This document shows, one piece after another, positions 13,201 to 25,800 of a stretch of DNA of 64,000 bases. Source of the stretch: Paramecium tetraurelia (taxonomy: Eukaryota). Under the pieces are notes generated by a model. The model did not search any database. It was not told the origin of the DNA and worked only from the letters and a program-made list of their open reading frames with translations. The DNA lies in NCBI GenBank assembly GCA_000165425.1, contig CT868017.1:186001-250000 (forward strand). The letters run 5' to 3'. Positions within the stretch are counted from its first letter, which is position 1, and each line of letters begins with the position of its first letter. Both the position numbers and the translations under genes were made by a program.

Positions 13201-16200
13201 TGTAAGATGTACGAAGGTCGACGTCTGTCTCTATATGATGGTGAATGCATTGATTGTCCAAGGTATTGTCAGATTTGTAAACCTAAATCAAACTTATAAT
13301 TATAAAGTGCTAATCCATATTTCACAAATTCTAATGTCTAATCTTCTACACATTCTTGTTTGTTGTTATAAACTGAATTAAGCTTTTAAGACTATTATTA
13401 CGATACTAAGTTTTAATAATTCTTCAAGTTAAGTGAAACTGGAGCAGATCCTAATTCAATTACATTGAAATTCAACCTTTATTGTAACTCAGAGCTCTTT
13501 AATTAGCATCTAGAATTGGCATTAGATAAATAGCTTTTTCTACAGTAAAATGTTAAAATTGATGAACTATTAACCAATAATAAATCTTAAAGCAATTTTG
13601 GAAGAATTGAAAATCTAAATTTGTATACATATCTCAACATATAACAGATTTAAGAAGTTGAATTATAATTTAGCTTTATTTAACATTGTACTATAGAGCT
13701 TCACTCTTATATTTTCACTACTTTAATATAAAACATTTATTTTGTCACTTCAGCTAAGATCACTTTAATAGGTAATGGATACACTTTATTCCTTAACTCA
13801 AATCTAGAAATACTGGATTTTGAATCTATTTCAATGCGAAATCTAATAATTTAGCCTTAATCAACTATGAAAATTCATTTATAATCTTTAAGTGCTTTGA
13901 AAGTACTATTTTATGAAGTAGTTATACAATAATAATTAGAAGATTAAAATCCAATAATATTTAATATTATATCCACAAATCTCTAGCAATTATAGATTTA
14001 AAACTTATCAATATAGAATCTAAATCTATAATCTGTCACTAGTTTGTTTTACTTCGAATATACAGTTTAGTAACAATATATTAACATAAATATTGATCAA
14101 TTTACAATTAAAAATTCAAACATGCACAATTCAAATATCATTTTACTTGATAATTACTTTTAGCAAACAACAAATTGTTATATTAATAACATTCTGATCA
14201 CAAATTCCAATCTTTATTCAAGCCAATTTATGAAAATTAAAAATAATTAATATCTAGTTATGTAAGGGTCTATATCATAAATATCGATCGTTTTATCCTT
14301 CCTATCAGATATTCAACCTCTATTCTAGACCTTTTGTTATAAAAGTTTAAATATTAGCGGAATCTCTTTAAAAAATTCAACATTCTAAAATTTTATTCTA
14401 TTTTAAACAACTAATAACTAAATTAATAAAGACTATTAAATTAAGCTTTGTAGTTTAGAGAATAGCTCGATTATTAATTTTGTTTAAGATTACTAGTTTC
14501 AATCTATCATATTACAGAATATTGAAGTTAATTAAGTATTTCATGACTATAAAACAATCCTTCTAAATTTAGTATCAAATGACTTTACTAGCACAATTAA
14601 GATGTCAAATATTATTTTAGATACAATCACTATTTTTGATAATATTTAACTGGTTTCCAGTTTATAATCAATTTCCTCCATTATTATAATATAATCTAAC
14701 TTTATTGAAATATCTGATGTAAGAATCATCAGATCATCTGGTATTACTGAATTATTATTATCCTCAGCTATGAACTTAGTACTCTCAAATTTTACTATTA
14801 CATTAAACTAAAAGTACTTCTTTAAAAGTATTATCACTGATGAATAATGTTCATAACTTAATAAATATTCTAAATATACATCTACTTTAATTATTTAGAA
14901 GGTATAAAACATTAGAATACAGAACTTTTATATATCTAATCTTATTCTTTTAGATTTCCCGATGATTTACATAATCTCCATAGCAACATAAATTATAAGA
15001 AGATCTGAATCTGTTATTATTGATTTCATGAATGTAGATAATTGCATCATTTAAAAGAGTTAGACTATTAATTAGATATCTGGGATTCTTATATAATCGG
15101 AATAACAATAAGATATCCAAATTCTAAATTCTAAATTTAATAATAACATTTACTATTCATACTATAAAGAATCTGAGTCTGACTCAGCTTTAATATTCTA
15201 TATAATTGCATAAAATTCGAAAATATAGTTGATCAATTGCCAGTTTAACCAAAATTATGTCTCTTAAAGTGAAAATAGTTTGTTATATATAAATGCAGAA
15301 TAAATTAATGTAATTGATTCATCTTTTTTTTCAACTAATTACATCTTTGATAGCTTTTTGAAGCACATAAATTGGAAATATCAACCTTATACCTTAACAT
15401 TAGAATAAATCAAAAATTAATTTTAAGTACAATCCACAAGTGGAAATGGTTAACTAATATCTTCCTCAGTTTAAATTTAGAAACATAAATATTGAAGGTA
15501 GTTTTTCAACTTCTGCAGGATGTTTTAAAATTACATTAGAAAATGAAGGATATTTACTCGTCAGAAATTCTGTATTTAAAAATATCTACACTAAAATATC
15601 TGAAGAATAATCATTTGGTGGTTGTCTTTATGTTATTGATAGAAGCATTAATATCTAAATTGATATATTAGATTCTATTTATGATACAATTATTGGAACT
15701 GCTGAAGGTGGTGTTATTTATCTGAAGCCAATAGCATTATAAGTTAACTTTAACTTCACTAATGTGACCTTTTAAGATGTCTTTTCAAATGATGGTAATA
15801 TTGCCAAACTCAATTTCATAAGCTATAATCAATTACTCTATATGTAGAATTGCAGAATTTTATAAACAATAGAAGGTTATTCAAAATTTAGGTCTTTGTT
15901 TAGTTCATCTTAAAAATATGAAACAACCATGTTTTCAGTATAGTAAGGATATCTTATTTTAAGAGATATATTTGTTCAATTATATTTAAATATATTCTTA
16001 TAATTGAATTATCAAAGCAAAGTTAGTTTGACATCAATCGAAATAGACTATTCTTATTACTACCAGAATTCTATTATGTAAATTAGCTTTTCAGCAGGTA
16101 TTATAATAATATTATATTTAATAGATTAACAATGCAAAATAGAAATTACTAATCTCAAAATCAAAAACTTTAAATTGTACAAAAATGATCCAAAACTATA

Positions 16201-19200
16201 AAAAATCTAAATTAAGTAAGTATTTGGTTATTAGTAAAAGTTGTCACAAGACTGCAAAAATTAATAATTATTAAAATTAATAAATTCGACTTATGAATTA
16301 ATAAATTTATCAGATTATATAGCTGAACCCTAAAATTAGATTGAAAGTTTAGTTTAAATAACAAATGTAAAAAATAAAGATTCAATATCAATTAAGTCAA
16401 GCTAATTTTCAAATAATTAATGCCAATTTTGTCAATCAGGGCTTATTTTTATTAAATTAATTGAGTTGTAATCAGAAAATGTTATTTTGTCAAATATTTG
16501 GTTAATGGATAACTAATGTGGTGAAAATGGATGTTTATGCATTGTATAAGAGTTTCAAAGTTAAGATCAAAAGAAAATGTCTACGTTAACATTAGACACT
16601 ATGTTTTGTTATAGAAATTAAGCAAAGAAAGGAGGATGCATAGTTAGCCAACAGGTTGGTCTTAAAATAACAAACAGCATTTTAAGTGAAAATCTAGCAG
16701 TTGAATAAGGAGGAAGTATTTATTATGATGGTGAACAAATCTATTATTATAGAATAACCTTATCGTGTCAAACACAGCATAAGAAGGAGGTGCAATATAT
16801 CTAGGCAACCAAAGTTTGCCTGAATTAAACAAAACTTTAAACTATTTCAATAATAATACTGCATATGGATATGGTAACATTAGTTCATCTCACTCAACTT
16901 AACTTACAGTAATGTACAAAAATTTATAATTTTCAACTTTAAATTCTTTGAACAATGGGCGGAATAAATGCTTACTTAACGAATTAATCAAATTCCTCAT
17001 AAATATTAGTCTTAAAATTGCCGAGTGGCTAATAAATCTAAACATATTAATATTTTAATATATAGAAATAAAAATACGAGCATTAACATTTAAACTTCAG
17101 AATTTTAGCTTTAAATGCCTATCATGAATAACAATTTCATCTTAATAATAGTGAATGTTTAATTGAAAGTGGGCACCAGTAAGGTTCCTAAGAAACCGTT
17201 TTTACAAATAATTATACAAATTATGATCGAAAAGTTTTTGATTAAGAAACATAAGATTATAATTTAGATGATTTAATTATTTATTACGGAACTGAGAATA
17301 ATGAATTTAGACTAATCTTATAAATAAGTTGTAATAGTGTCTAAATCCCCAAATATGAAGATATTTTTCCTTTTTAAATAATGGATTACAATTCTAAATA
17401 TTAATTAATTTTATAAATTCAAACATATCCATGTCAATTAGGAGAATATAAGAATCTAACTGATAATGCTTGCTATCTATGTGACGTAAACAAGAAATAA
17501 TATTCAGTAACTATCAATGCAACAACCTGTTAATTTATGGATGAAGATACAATAGCATCAATCACTCCTGCTTAACTTTAATTAAAAATTGGATATTGGA
17601 GACCCTATATAAATAGCGAAATTATTGAGCATTGTTAAAATAGAATTGAGAACTGTTTAGGTGGATGGAAATAAGGAGATGAGACTTGTGAAATTGGCTA
17701 ATTAGGTGCTTGTTGTGAAGCTTGTGATTAATACAATATTAGAGGAAATGGTTAATATAGTCTTAAGAAATTGTATTATTGTTAAAAGTGTGACGATTTG
17801 GATAAATAAATTATTTATATCATTTTGATAACTTTATGGTATTTTATCTTTTTATAATTTTAGGAATTTACTTTCAATCTATTTATCAACAAATGGAGTT
17901 GAGAAATTGATATTAGAATTATAGAAAAACAAAGTAGGAACAAGATAATTAATAATTAACAATAACAAACAAACTGGCCCAATTATGAAAATGTTTACAA
18001 ACTATTTACAAATATTGGCTATCATAATAAATTTTAATGTAGAAATCCCATAAGCATTTAAAGATTATTATAATATTACTGGGAATTCTCAAACTATGTT
18101 ATTAATAACCACAGATTGCTTTTTAGCTTAGAATTTTCAAGAGGGAATTATTTATGTGAAAATTATTTATAGTATCATTTGTCCACTGTTTTATGGATGG
18201 ATCTACTTATCTGTATACTTTTTATTGAAATCTTTAAAGAAGATAGTTTATAATGAAGTAGTGTCAAAAACTTGTGTTTTATATTTGTTTTGCTATTTCT
18301 AAATATAGGTGATATAATTATTGATATCTTCATTATCATTTAGAACATTATCAGACATAAAATGGATACAGGGGGATTTGGCTTATTAATTTGATACATC
18401 GCTTCATTAATAATGGATTCCATATCTTATTGTTCTAACAATCATTATTGGAGCTATAGTACCAGGAATATTTATAATATACTTAACCAAATATAAAAAT
18501 TCACTTTAAAAATATTATATTAGAAGATAATGGGGATACTTATATTTAGAATACTAGCATAATGCTTATTATTGGGAAATAATTAGGATTGTCAGTAGGG
18601 AATTAATAATGATTGCCATAACATTTTATTAAGATAATATTGTTATTAAATGCACACTTTTATTAATTATATAACTTGCCTATTTTTTTACAAACTAAAT
18701 AGTTTTACCTTTTAAAACAAAAAATTTAAATTAATTAGAGTAAAAGAGCACGTTGTTATGCACTTTTACACTATTTGCAGTCCTATCATTATCAATAACA
18801 AGTAGTTTTTCTACTATTGCCATATTATCCATTATTATAACAAATATCTATTTATTAATTACTTTTATTTAAAGTTTGATACATGGATATTTGGAATCTA
18901 TGGAGGAGTTAATAGATAAAATAAAGGATTTCATTAGAGAGAAATTGAAATCAAAATTGAGGTTTCACCAATTATTGGATAGTTGGCTTGTAAATAAAGG
19001 TTAGAGGAGAAAAGTCGTGATTGAGAGATATAAAAAAATAAAAAATTATCTTTTTGGAATTAGTAAATAACGAAGTAGAATTGAGAGATAGAGAGGTAAT
19101 TTAGATTTATATTTTAGTTTCGCAAATTTCTTCAAATCGATCATTGCTATTCACTGGACATTTTGCATTAACATTATTGAGACCATAATAGATTTTATCA

Positions 19201-19272
19201 ACAAATAGTGAAAATAACACTATCAATCAACCATTAACTAATTTGATTAACAAAACAAAATCAGAAGAATGA
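10216..19272 (+). pseudogene. Giant cysteine-rich multi-pass surface protein B1, frameshifted as assembled (pseudogene or sequencing errors)
   Basis: Starts MIDFYIWTGSIILLLGLISPTNEC, same architecture as A (CHFSCLDCNGP, NTAQEGGAIYL, CLGGWKQGDETCEIGQLGACCEACD, YYWEIIRIVSRELII). Relative to intact B2 it has +1 A at ~10966, +1 A at ~15474, a 4-nt deletion (GTTA) at ~16736 and +1 A at ~16963. Terminal TGA at 19270-19272. Confidence 0.75.
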
Positions 19273-19543
19273 AATTAATTTTAAACATTTGAATGAACAT
19301 AATATATTAGAATAAATTCAATATTATCATTTTTTACATGATGTCAAATGCAATTTATAAACGTAATTTCATGTTATTTTTGGCAATCAAAATATTTTGA
19401 AAAGCTCTTTAATTGTGTTTCAGAAAGTTTATAAATAGTTATTAAATTTATACTGATTTTCTTAGAGCAAAATGTTACAAATATGTTTTCTTTTGTTTAA
19501 TTAAAGGTATTAAAGGTATATGTGCTTATTATTAACAATAATC

Positions 19544-21971
19544 ATGAATTTTAATGATTTTCAAACTGAAAGGATAATCACATGTAGAGGTGAACTAACG
19601 AAACCAGACACCCATAATTTTGCAGACAACGACTCTCCAGAGAATTCTTTGGTAGAAGGCTTCGATTTGGTTTGGAAGAGACATTCTCTTCAAATTTTTT
19701 GTGCTGCCATAAAATTTATTGTCAAATTGAGAAAAGCTGTAGATCAATATCATCTTCGATAAATCACTCATAGAATATATCAAATAATTGGAGACAAGGC
19801 ATCCGATTATTTATTCTACCAATCAAAAGGACTAGTAAATTAAAAATGGAGTTTTAACTAATATATCAAGAGCCTCTTAATTTATAATTTTTTAGTGGAT
19901 ATGAACATAAGAGTAATCAAGCCAGATAGCAAGGTTAAGCTCTTGGTCGATTGTACAATACTAATTTTAATAGTAATGAATATATTTTACATTCCTATGT
20001 AATTATCATTCTCCTTGTAAGAGAATGCCTAGACAGTTGACTTTTTATTTAGCACAATACCAAGTTGGGTATTTTTAATGGAAATTGTTGTGAATTTCAA
20101 CACAGCATATTATTACAAAGGAATGATTCATGAAGATCGTTCCAAAATATTTTAGCATTACATAAAGGGGGATTTTTTCAAGGATGTTTTGGTTGTAATC
20201 CCATTTCTGATATCTCAATATAATATTCCATATTTGAATTTTGTTCTGCTGTTGAGAATGACAAGAGTTAACAAAATATTTGAGTAAATTGAGGAAATCA
20301 CATTGATTAGAGAGAAATTTGCAGCTCCGATTGATGTGATGAAATTAATGTTATTCCTAGTTTTTGTTGCTCATATGAGTGGTTGCGCTTGGCATTACAT
20401 AGGAATTCAAGAGTTATTTTACAATAACACTGGATGGTTGATAAAATATGGTTATGGTGAAAAGGATTGGATCACAAGATATGTGGCATCTCTATACTTT
20501 GGAACCATTACATCATTTACAGTTGGTTTTGGAGACATTGTTCCACAAACATTAATTGAGTAGATCTATTTAATAATTATGGTTTTAATTACATCACTTG
20601 TGTTTGGGTATACGATTTCATCAATTTAAAACATTTTTGGGTAATTAAGAGAAAAGACAGACTAACATAGAAATAAGATGGCTAAGATTAATTCTTATAT
20701 GAAGAAAAACAAGATAAGTCCGATGCTTTAAATGAAAATCAGGAAATATTTTGAATATTTTTTCACTTTAGATGAAAGTCCAGAATTATTGATGGATAAT
20801 CTTAATGATGATTTAAAATTGGAATTAAGAACAAGCATTTTTATTCCAATTATGATAAAATGCAAATTATTTTAAAAGTTTGATGAAAGTCTGTTAAATC
20901 AACTTTGTACAATTGTTTAGACCTAGAAATTCATTCCAGGATAAATAATATTTCAAGAAAATGATTAAATGAATAAAGCATACTTCATCATTTAGGGAGA
21001 AGTAGATATATAAATTAATAAAGTCTCAATTAAATAACAATCAGAAGGATCTTTGGGTATTCGAGAGTTCTTTCTTTAAAAACGTATTCATTATGTCACT
21101 AGAGCAACTTAATTTACAGAAATTGCCTATATTCGATACGATGTATTAAATTTTTCATTCTTCTTAGGATTTTTATCGCATCATACGAGAAAAATAATCC
21201 AATCAGGAATAGTATTGCTAAATGAAAGATGATCTACTCTATTCAACAGTCTAAACCTCATGTGAAATCTGTTCTCATTCTCATAACTTTAATAGATGTC
21301 CAGTCGTTTTTTATAGTCCATCAACCTATAAAATTGCATGTGACCAAAGCGATTCTATTGTCTAACCTCGTTATTAAAATAAAAGAAAATAGAAGAAAAA
21401 AAGGAAAACTTTTGAAGATTTGCAGCTCAATATAACTTCAGCAATAGATTACATGTGTGATAATGAAACATTGAGTGAAGGAATGAATGAATCTATTTTG
21501 AAAAGGTATGGATATGTCGATTTTTAAACTAAATAGTAAACTCTAGAAGATGATAAACTAAAATCCCTCAAAGTCATTCAAAAATTATAATTAAATAGTA
21601 ATAATAATGGAGATACTCCAAGAATGAAACGGTTTGTATATAAAAGCCTTATTAAAAAGGAAGATAAATCTCAACAGAAATATTAAGAATCATAATTAGA
21701 AAATCTTCATCAAGAATTTATTCAATTCAAAAAGGAGGATTTAAATCAGTTTGATCAACACGTAGAATTTTCTCACTTTCATAAAGATAAAAATATTAGT
21801 AAAGTTCTCAATAATTTCTAAAAATAACAGCATAGCAAACCTCGAGAACAATTTTATAGTAAAACTAGATTGGGAAAGACTAAAATGACTCATGCAATCA
21901 ATATAATTCAAAATACTCAACCTAATTTGATCAATAATTCAAACTTTAAAACCATTTTTAATAATAAATGA
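19544..21971 (+). CDS. Cyclic-nucleotide-binding-domain (EAG/HCN-like) potassium channel
   Basis: IKPDSKVKLLVD before S1, AHMSGCAWHYIG (S5), pore WITRYVASLYFGTITSFTVGFGDIVPQT, C-linker KINSYMKKNKISPMLQMKIRKYFEY, CNBD start FIPGQIIFQEND. One 25-nt intron at 21143-21167; TGA at 21969-21971. Confidence 0.93.
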
Positions 21972-22436
21972 AAATTTAACATATTTAATTAATGTAGAGG
22001 GACAGCATTCAACGATATATTTATAACATTTCTCCCCTCTTAAACAATTATATTTTCTCTCTGAATTACATTCAATATCTAAATTTTAATAATATATTGC
22101 CTAGCTGATTATTTTTATGTATCAATTTATTTTCCAATAGAAATAAAGTTAGAACTCAAAGCAATTTTTTAATCGTTTTGTAAAAAATTTACTTCTTTTT
22201 AATTTTTCTTATTATTGATATTCTTTATCCGTACTAAAGCAAATTTTGGATTTTTAAGAAAAACATCATTCAGAGATTTTGGAGGTTATTAATTCAATAG
22301 CTCTCTTGTGAGTAATAACTTTAAAATTATAACCAATGTTACAATAATTTGATTAATCTACTGAGATAATCAGCCTGTAGGAACAGTTAGTGAAAGCTGA
22401 CCTAGAGCCTCATCCAGCACCGCCGATCCAAATGGA

Positions 22437-22520
22437 NNNNNNNNNNNNNNNNNNNNNNNNNNNNNNNNNNNNNNNNNNNNNNNNNNNNNNNNNNNNNNNN
22501 NNNNNNNNNNNNNNNNNNNN
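22437..22520. other. Assembly gap (84 N)
   Basis: Run of n at the junction between the two duplicated units. Confidence 1.
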
Positions 22521-22877
22521 CAAAATTACAATTTTTTTTTTTAATCCTTTTATGTCATAGAAGTTTTGGGATAATTATCCAAAAGAAAGCGTTACATAAA
22601 AATGAAAGAATAAAGTCCATTTAACTTAGGTATCAGAAAAATATATTTAAACCTCGCATTCAAGACCATTATATTAATTAAATATATATATTGCATTTCT
22701 AAAACTTCGAAAAATAGTACTTTGGAGAAGATGAAGAACCTCAGAGTTTTTAAAGATTGATTAAAAATTATTAAATAATAAAAAATAATTTTGCCAATGG
22801 ACAAAGAAATCGAAATCATTAAATGATTATAAAATATATTTAACTATTTAATTCAAAAATATGATTTATTTAAATAT

Positions 22878-25800
22878 ATGTTTTGGATATTTTATATTAT
22901 AGGATTAGTCTAATCAACGTGTTCATACAGCAATTTTGATTAATTCTAATTAAGTAGTGACAGCTTTTATCAAGAATAGAATTATGTAAGAGGAAATCCC
23001 TATGCATTTGGTGTATGGACACAATATGCTCCTCTTAGAAAAAATTTCTTTGCACACAAATTAAAACCATATCTTGATTCAACACGTAGTCTTGATGGGT
23101 TTCATATTCTTAATTTTCAAAGCGGAGGAAGCATACAAACATTGTTCTATTAATAGCCACTTTATGTTACAGGAAACCCAACATTAGTCATTTTATAAAA
23201 TACATAGTCTGGGGTCTTGTCCTCTAAGATTCAGGAGGGACTCTATTATTATGAGGGATATTGGGTTTTTACCTATTTTAGTTTTAACTATGATAACAAA
23301 TACAATTTTGCATCATATAATACAGGGGATGATCGTTTTTAAAATTTTTTGGTCACAAATAGAAAATTGAAAACATAAACAACCAATGCTAAATTAGAAC
23401 ATGGAGGTTAAGGCTTATATGTCATAGGTACTAGTAGTTACAATCTAAATTTATTTTTGGGAAGGATTTCTATAATTACTACATTTGAAAGCTCAATTAC
23501 TTTTTTCATCAATACAGATAAGGTTAAATTTAAATAATTTATTTAATAATGCTAAGTTCCTTCAGCATGTTAAAATTCTGTGGAATTATATTTCTTTAAT
23601 GAAACCTATAATAAGCTTAACTATTCTGTTGGCAGTTATCAAGTTGATCTTCCAGGATAAATCTATGGGTTAGGATTTTGGATGAAGAGAGATTCTTAAA
23701 AAATCAACTCACAAAGAGAAAACTTAATATCTTTTGGAGGTAATTTTGCAACTTTAGATCGATTTTACTAATTAGCATTGTATTGGTAAATGATAGATCA
23801 TGATGTGATTTTAATGCACAGTCTAGATCTTTATTATTTAATACCTATAGAAAAGCCAACAATCAATCGAAGTTATACTGCAGAATTATATTTTAGTTAA
23901 CCTAAAAAAAACTTCGAATAATGGAGCTATTTTTAATATTTTTTTAAGAAGGTTGGACAAACTGAAATTGTATAACTTTTTCTGTTTTAATCCTGCTGTG
24001 ACATTAGGGACCTATATTATATTATGGATTATCCTTAGTTTCAATAATATTCTAATTATCAGGCCACAATAACGTTATTCACAGAATAGAAAGATGTAAA
24101 AATACTGCCTTTTGAAGGTTTGATTTCAAATTTAAGATTTAATTACTGTTACTCTATAGATTATGATTTCGAAATGTATTCAGACATAAGTATATATAAT
24201 AATATAATGATAGATTGCAATTTACAATGTCAAACTTGCACAGGGCCTACCAAATATGATTGTACTTCCTGTTATGATGAATAAAATAGATATTTGTAAA
24301 CTGATCTTCATTACTGTTATTGCAAAACAAATTATGAGGAAGCAGGTGGTTTAATATGTCAATGTAATTTATTTAAATAATTTAGAAACCTCTTTAAGTT
24401 CTATTTCCTAATAAATAGAGTTGTATAAAGAGTTCAATATAATTGAAGTATAGAACGATTATAAGTGTAGTTATGGCTACTTTGAAGTATGGAAGGATTT
24501 GAAATTCTTGGGATGCATTAAATGGTATTTATACAGTTAATTTGAAGTCCCTATTTTGGTCAAGGTCATAATTCAGTAAATTGCATAAACTGTATACTCA
24601 ATTCTCACAATTGGTATTTAAACCCAATTTGTGATATTGATTACAGAACTGATGACTCTGTATTCTATTATGATGAATAATTAGATTATTAATCCTAAGA
24701 AATATTTATAATCGATTTTGATTTGATGATTTATAGAATTGTGTCCTGGATGTGATTATATTACTGAAACTGAATATTCACAATCCATTATTGTGAACGT
24801 GAATGGATTAACTACCTATTATCAATGCAAATAGTATTTATACCCTAAAGATAATTCTTGCAAATAATGTGAAATGAATTGTATTAATTGCAAAGATGCA
24901 GAAAATTGTATAGAGTGTAATTAAGGGTTTTATATAAAAAATGATCATTGTTATCAATGTCCTTAAGGGTGCTTGTCGTGTATTTTGGATGCAGAATTAG
25001 AGTAATTAAAATGTTTACATTGTTAACAAGGCTACTCTTTAGTTAATGATAATTGTTAAAAATGTGGTGATCTTTGTTAAATTTGTTAAAAGAAATTGAA
25101 CAAAAATACTGGTAAAGAATATATGAAGTGTTTAAAATGTAATTATAATGCTTATATATCTCTTGATGGAGAAAGCTGTTACTTTAATAATTTAGATCAT
25201 TGTATATATCCTTTTCAATTTTCTACTTTGTCTATTGATATCAATACTATATATTTTGATTTTCAGCCTTAAGAATCTTAATATATTAAAACTGGTTGTA
25301 CATACTGCTCATCTGTATCCATATTGGATATCGATAATGGTTTGTATACTTGTACTCCTTTAGATATTGATTCAATTAAGGGTGGATGTTAATAATTATT
25401 TATGATAAATGGTCTTAGTATTTGCTTTCTTGGCATCGATAACTTGATGCTAATTGGAACTGGATATTGCAGTTAAATGATTCCACACTGTCTATTTTGT
25501 AACCTGAATAATTGGGAATCTAATTATATTTGTTATTTATGTGAAGACGGTTATTATAATGATTATTTTGCAAGTTTTTGCAAGCCGTGCAATCCAGAAT
25601 GTGCTACTTGCATTTAGGTGGATTCTTCTAAAATATAAAAGCATTAAGTTATATTATTTTTCTTATCTATATCAATTGAAAGACCATAATACCGTTTGGC
25701 TACTCAAAACCCTAATAAAAATGAAGCTGAGATTATATGTACTACCTGTTCTGATGGGTATATTAAACATTTTGATAAATGTATCTAAAAATGTCCTGAT

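Larger units (their letters stand above)
495..20010 (+). repeat. Tandem segmental duplication, copy 1 (upstream region, gene A1, gene B1, 5' part of K+ channel)
   Basis: Colinear similarity with 22521-41590, e.g. 1011 ttgcacttctaagacttcgaa vs 22691 ttgcatttctaaaacttcgaa. Starts pair up at 1255/22878, 10216/31846 and 19544/41138. Confidence 0.95.

Noticed and set aside
1255..19272. Calling A/B the mating-type genes (mtA, MTA/MTB) or immobilisation surface antigens
   Set aside because: They are larger than I would expect for those proteins, include beta-helix repeats, are head-to-tail, and end in a multi-TM domain rather than a GPI signal. Only an architectural analogy is supportable.
21990..22436. 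Minus-strand open stretch and a GC-richer ~60 bp just before the gap (possible gene end, foreign DNA or element end)
   Set aside because: No recognisable motif or terminal repeat, an in-frame TGA lies near the gap, and contig-end sequence is unreliable.
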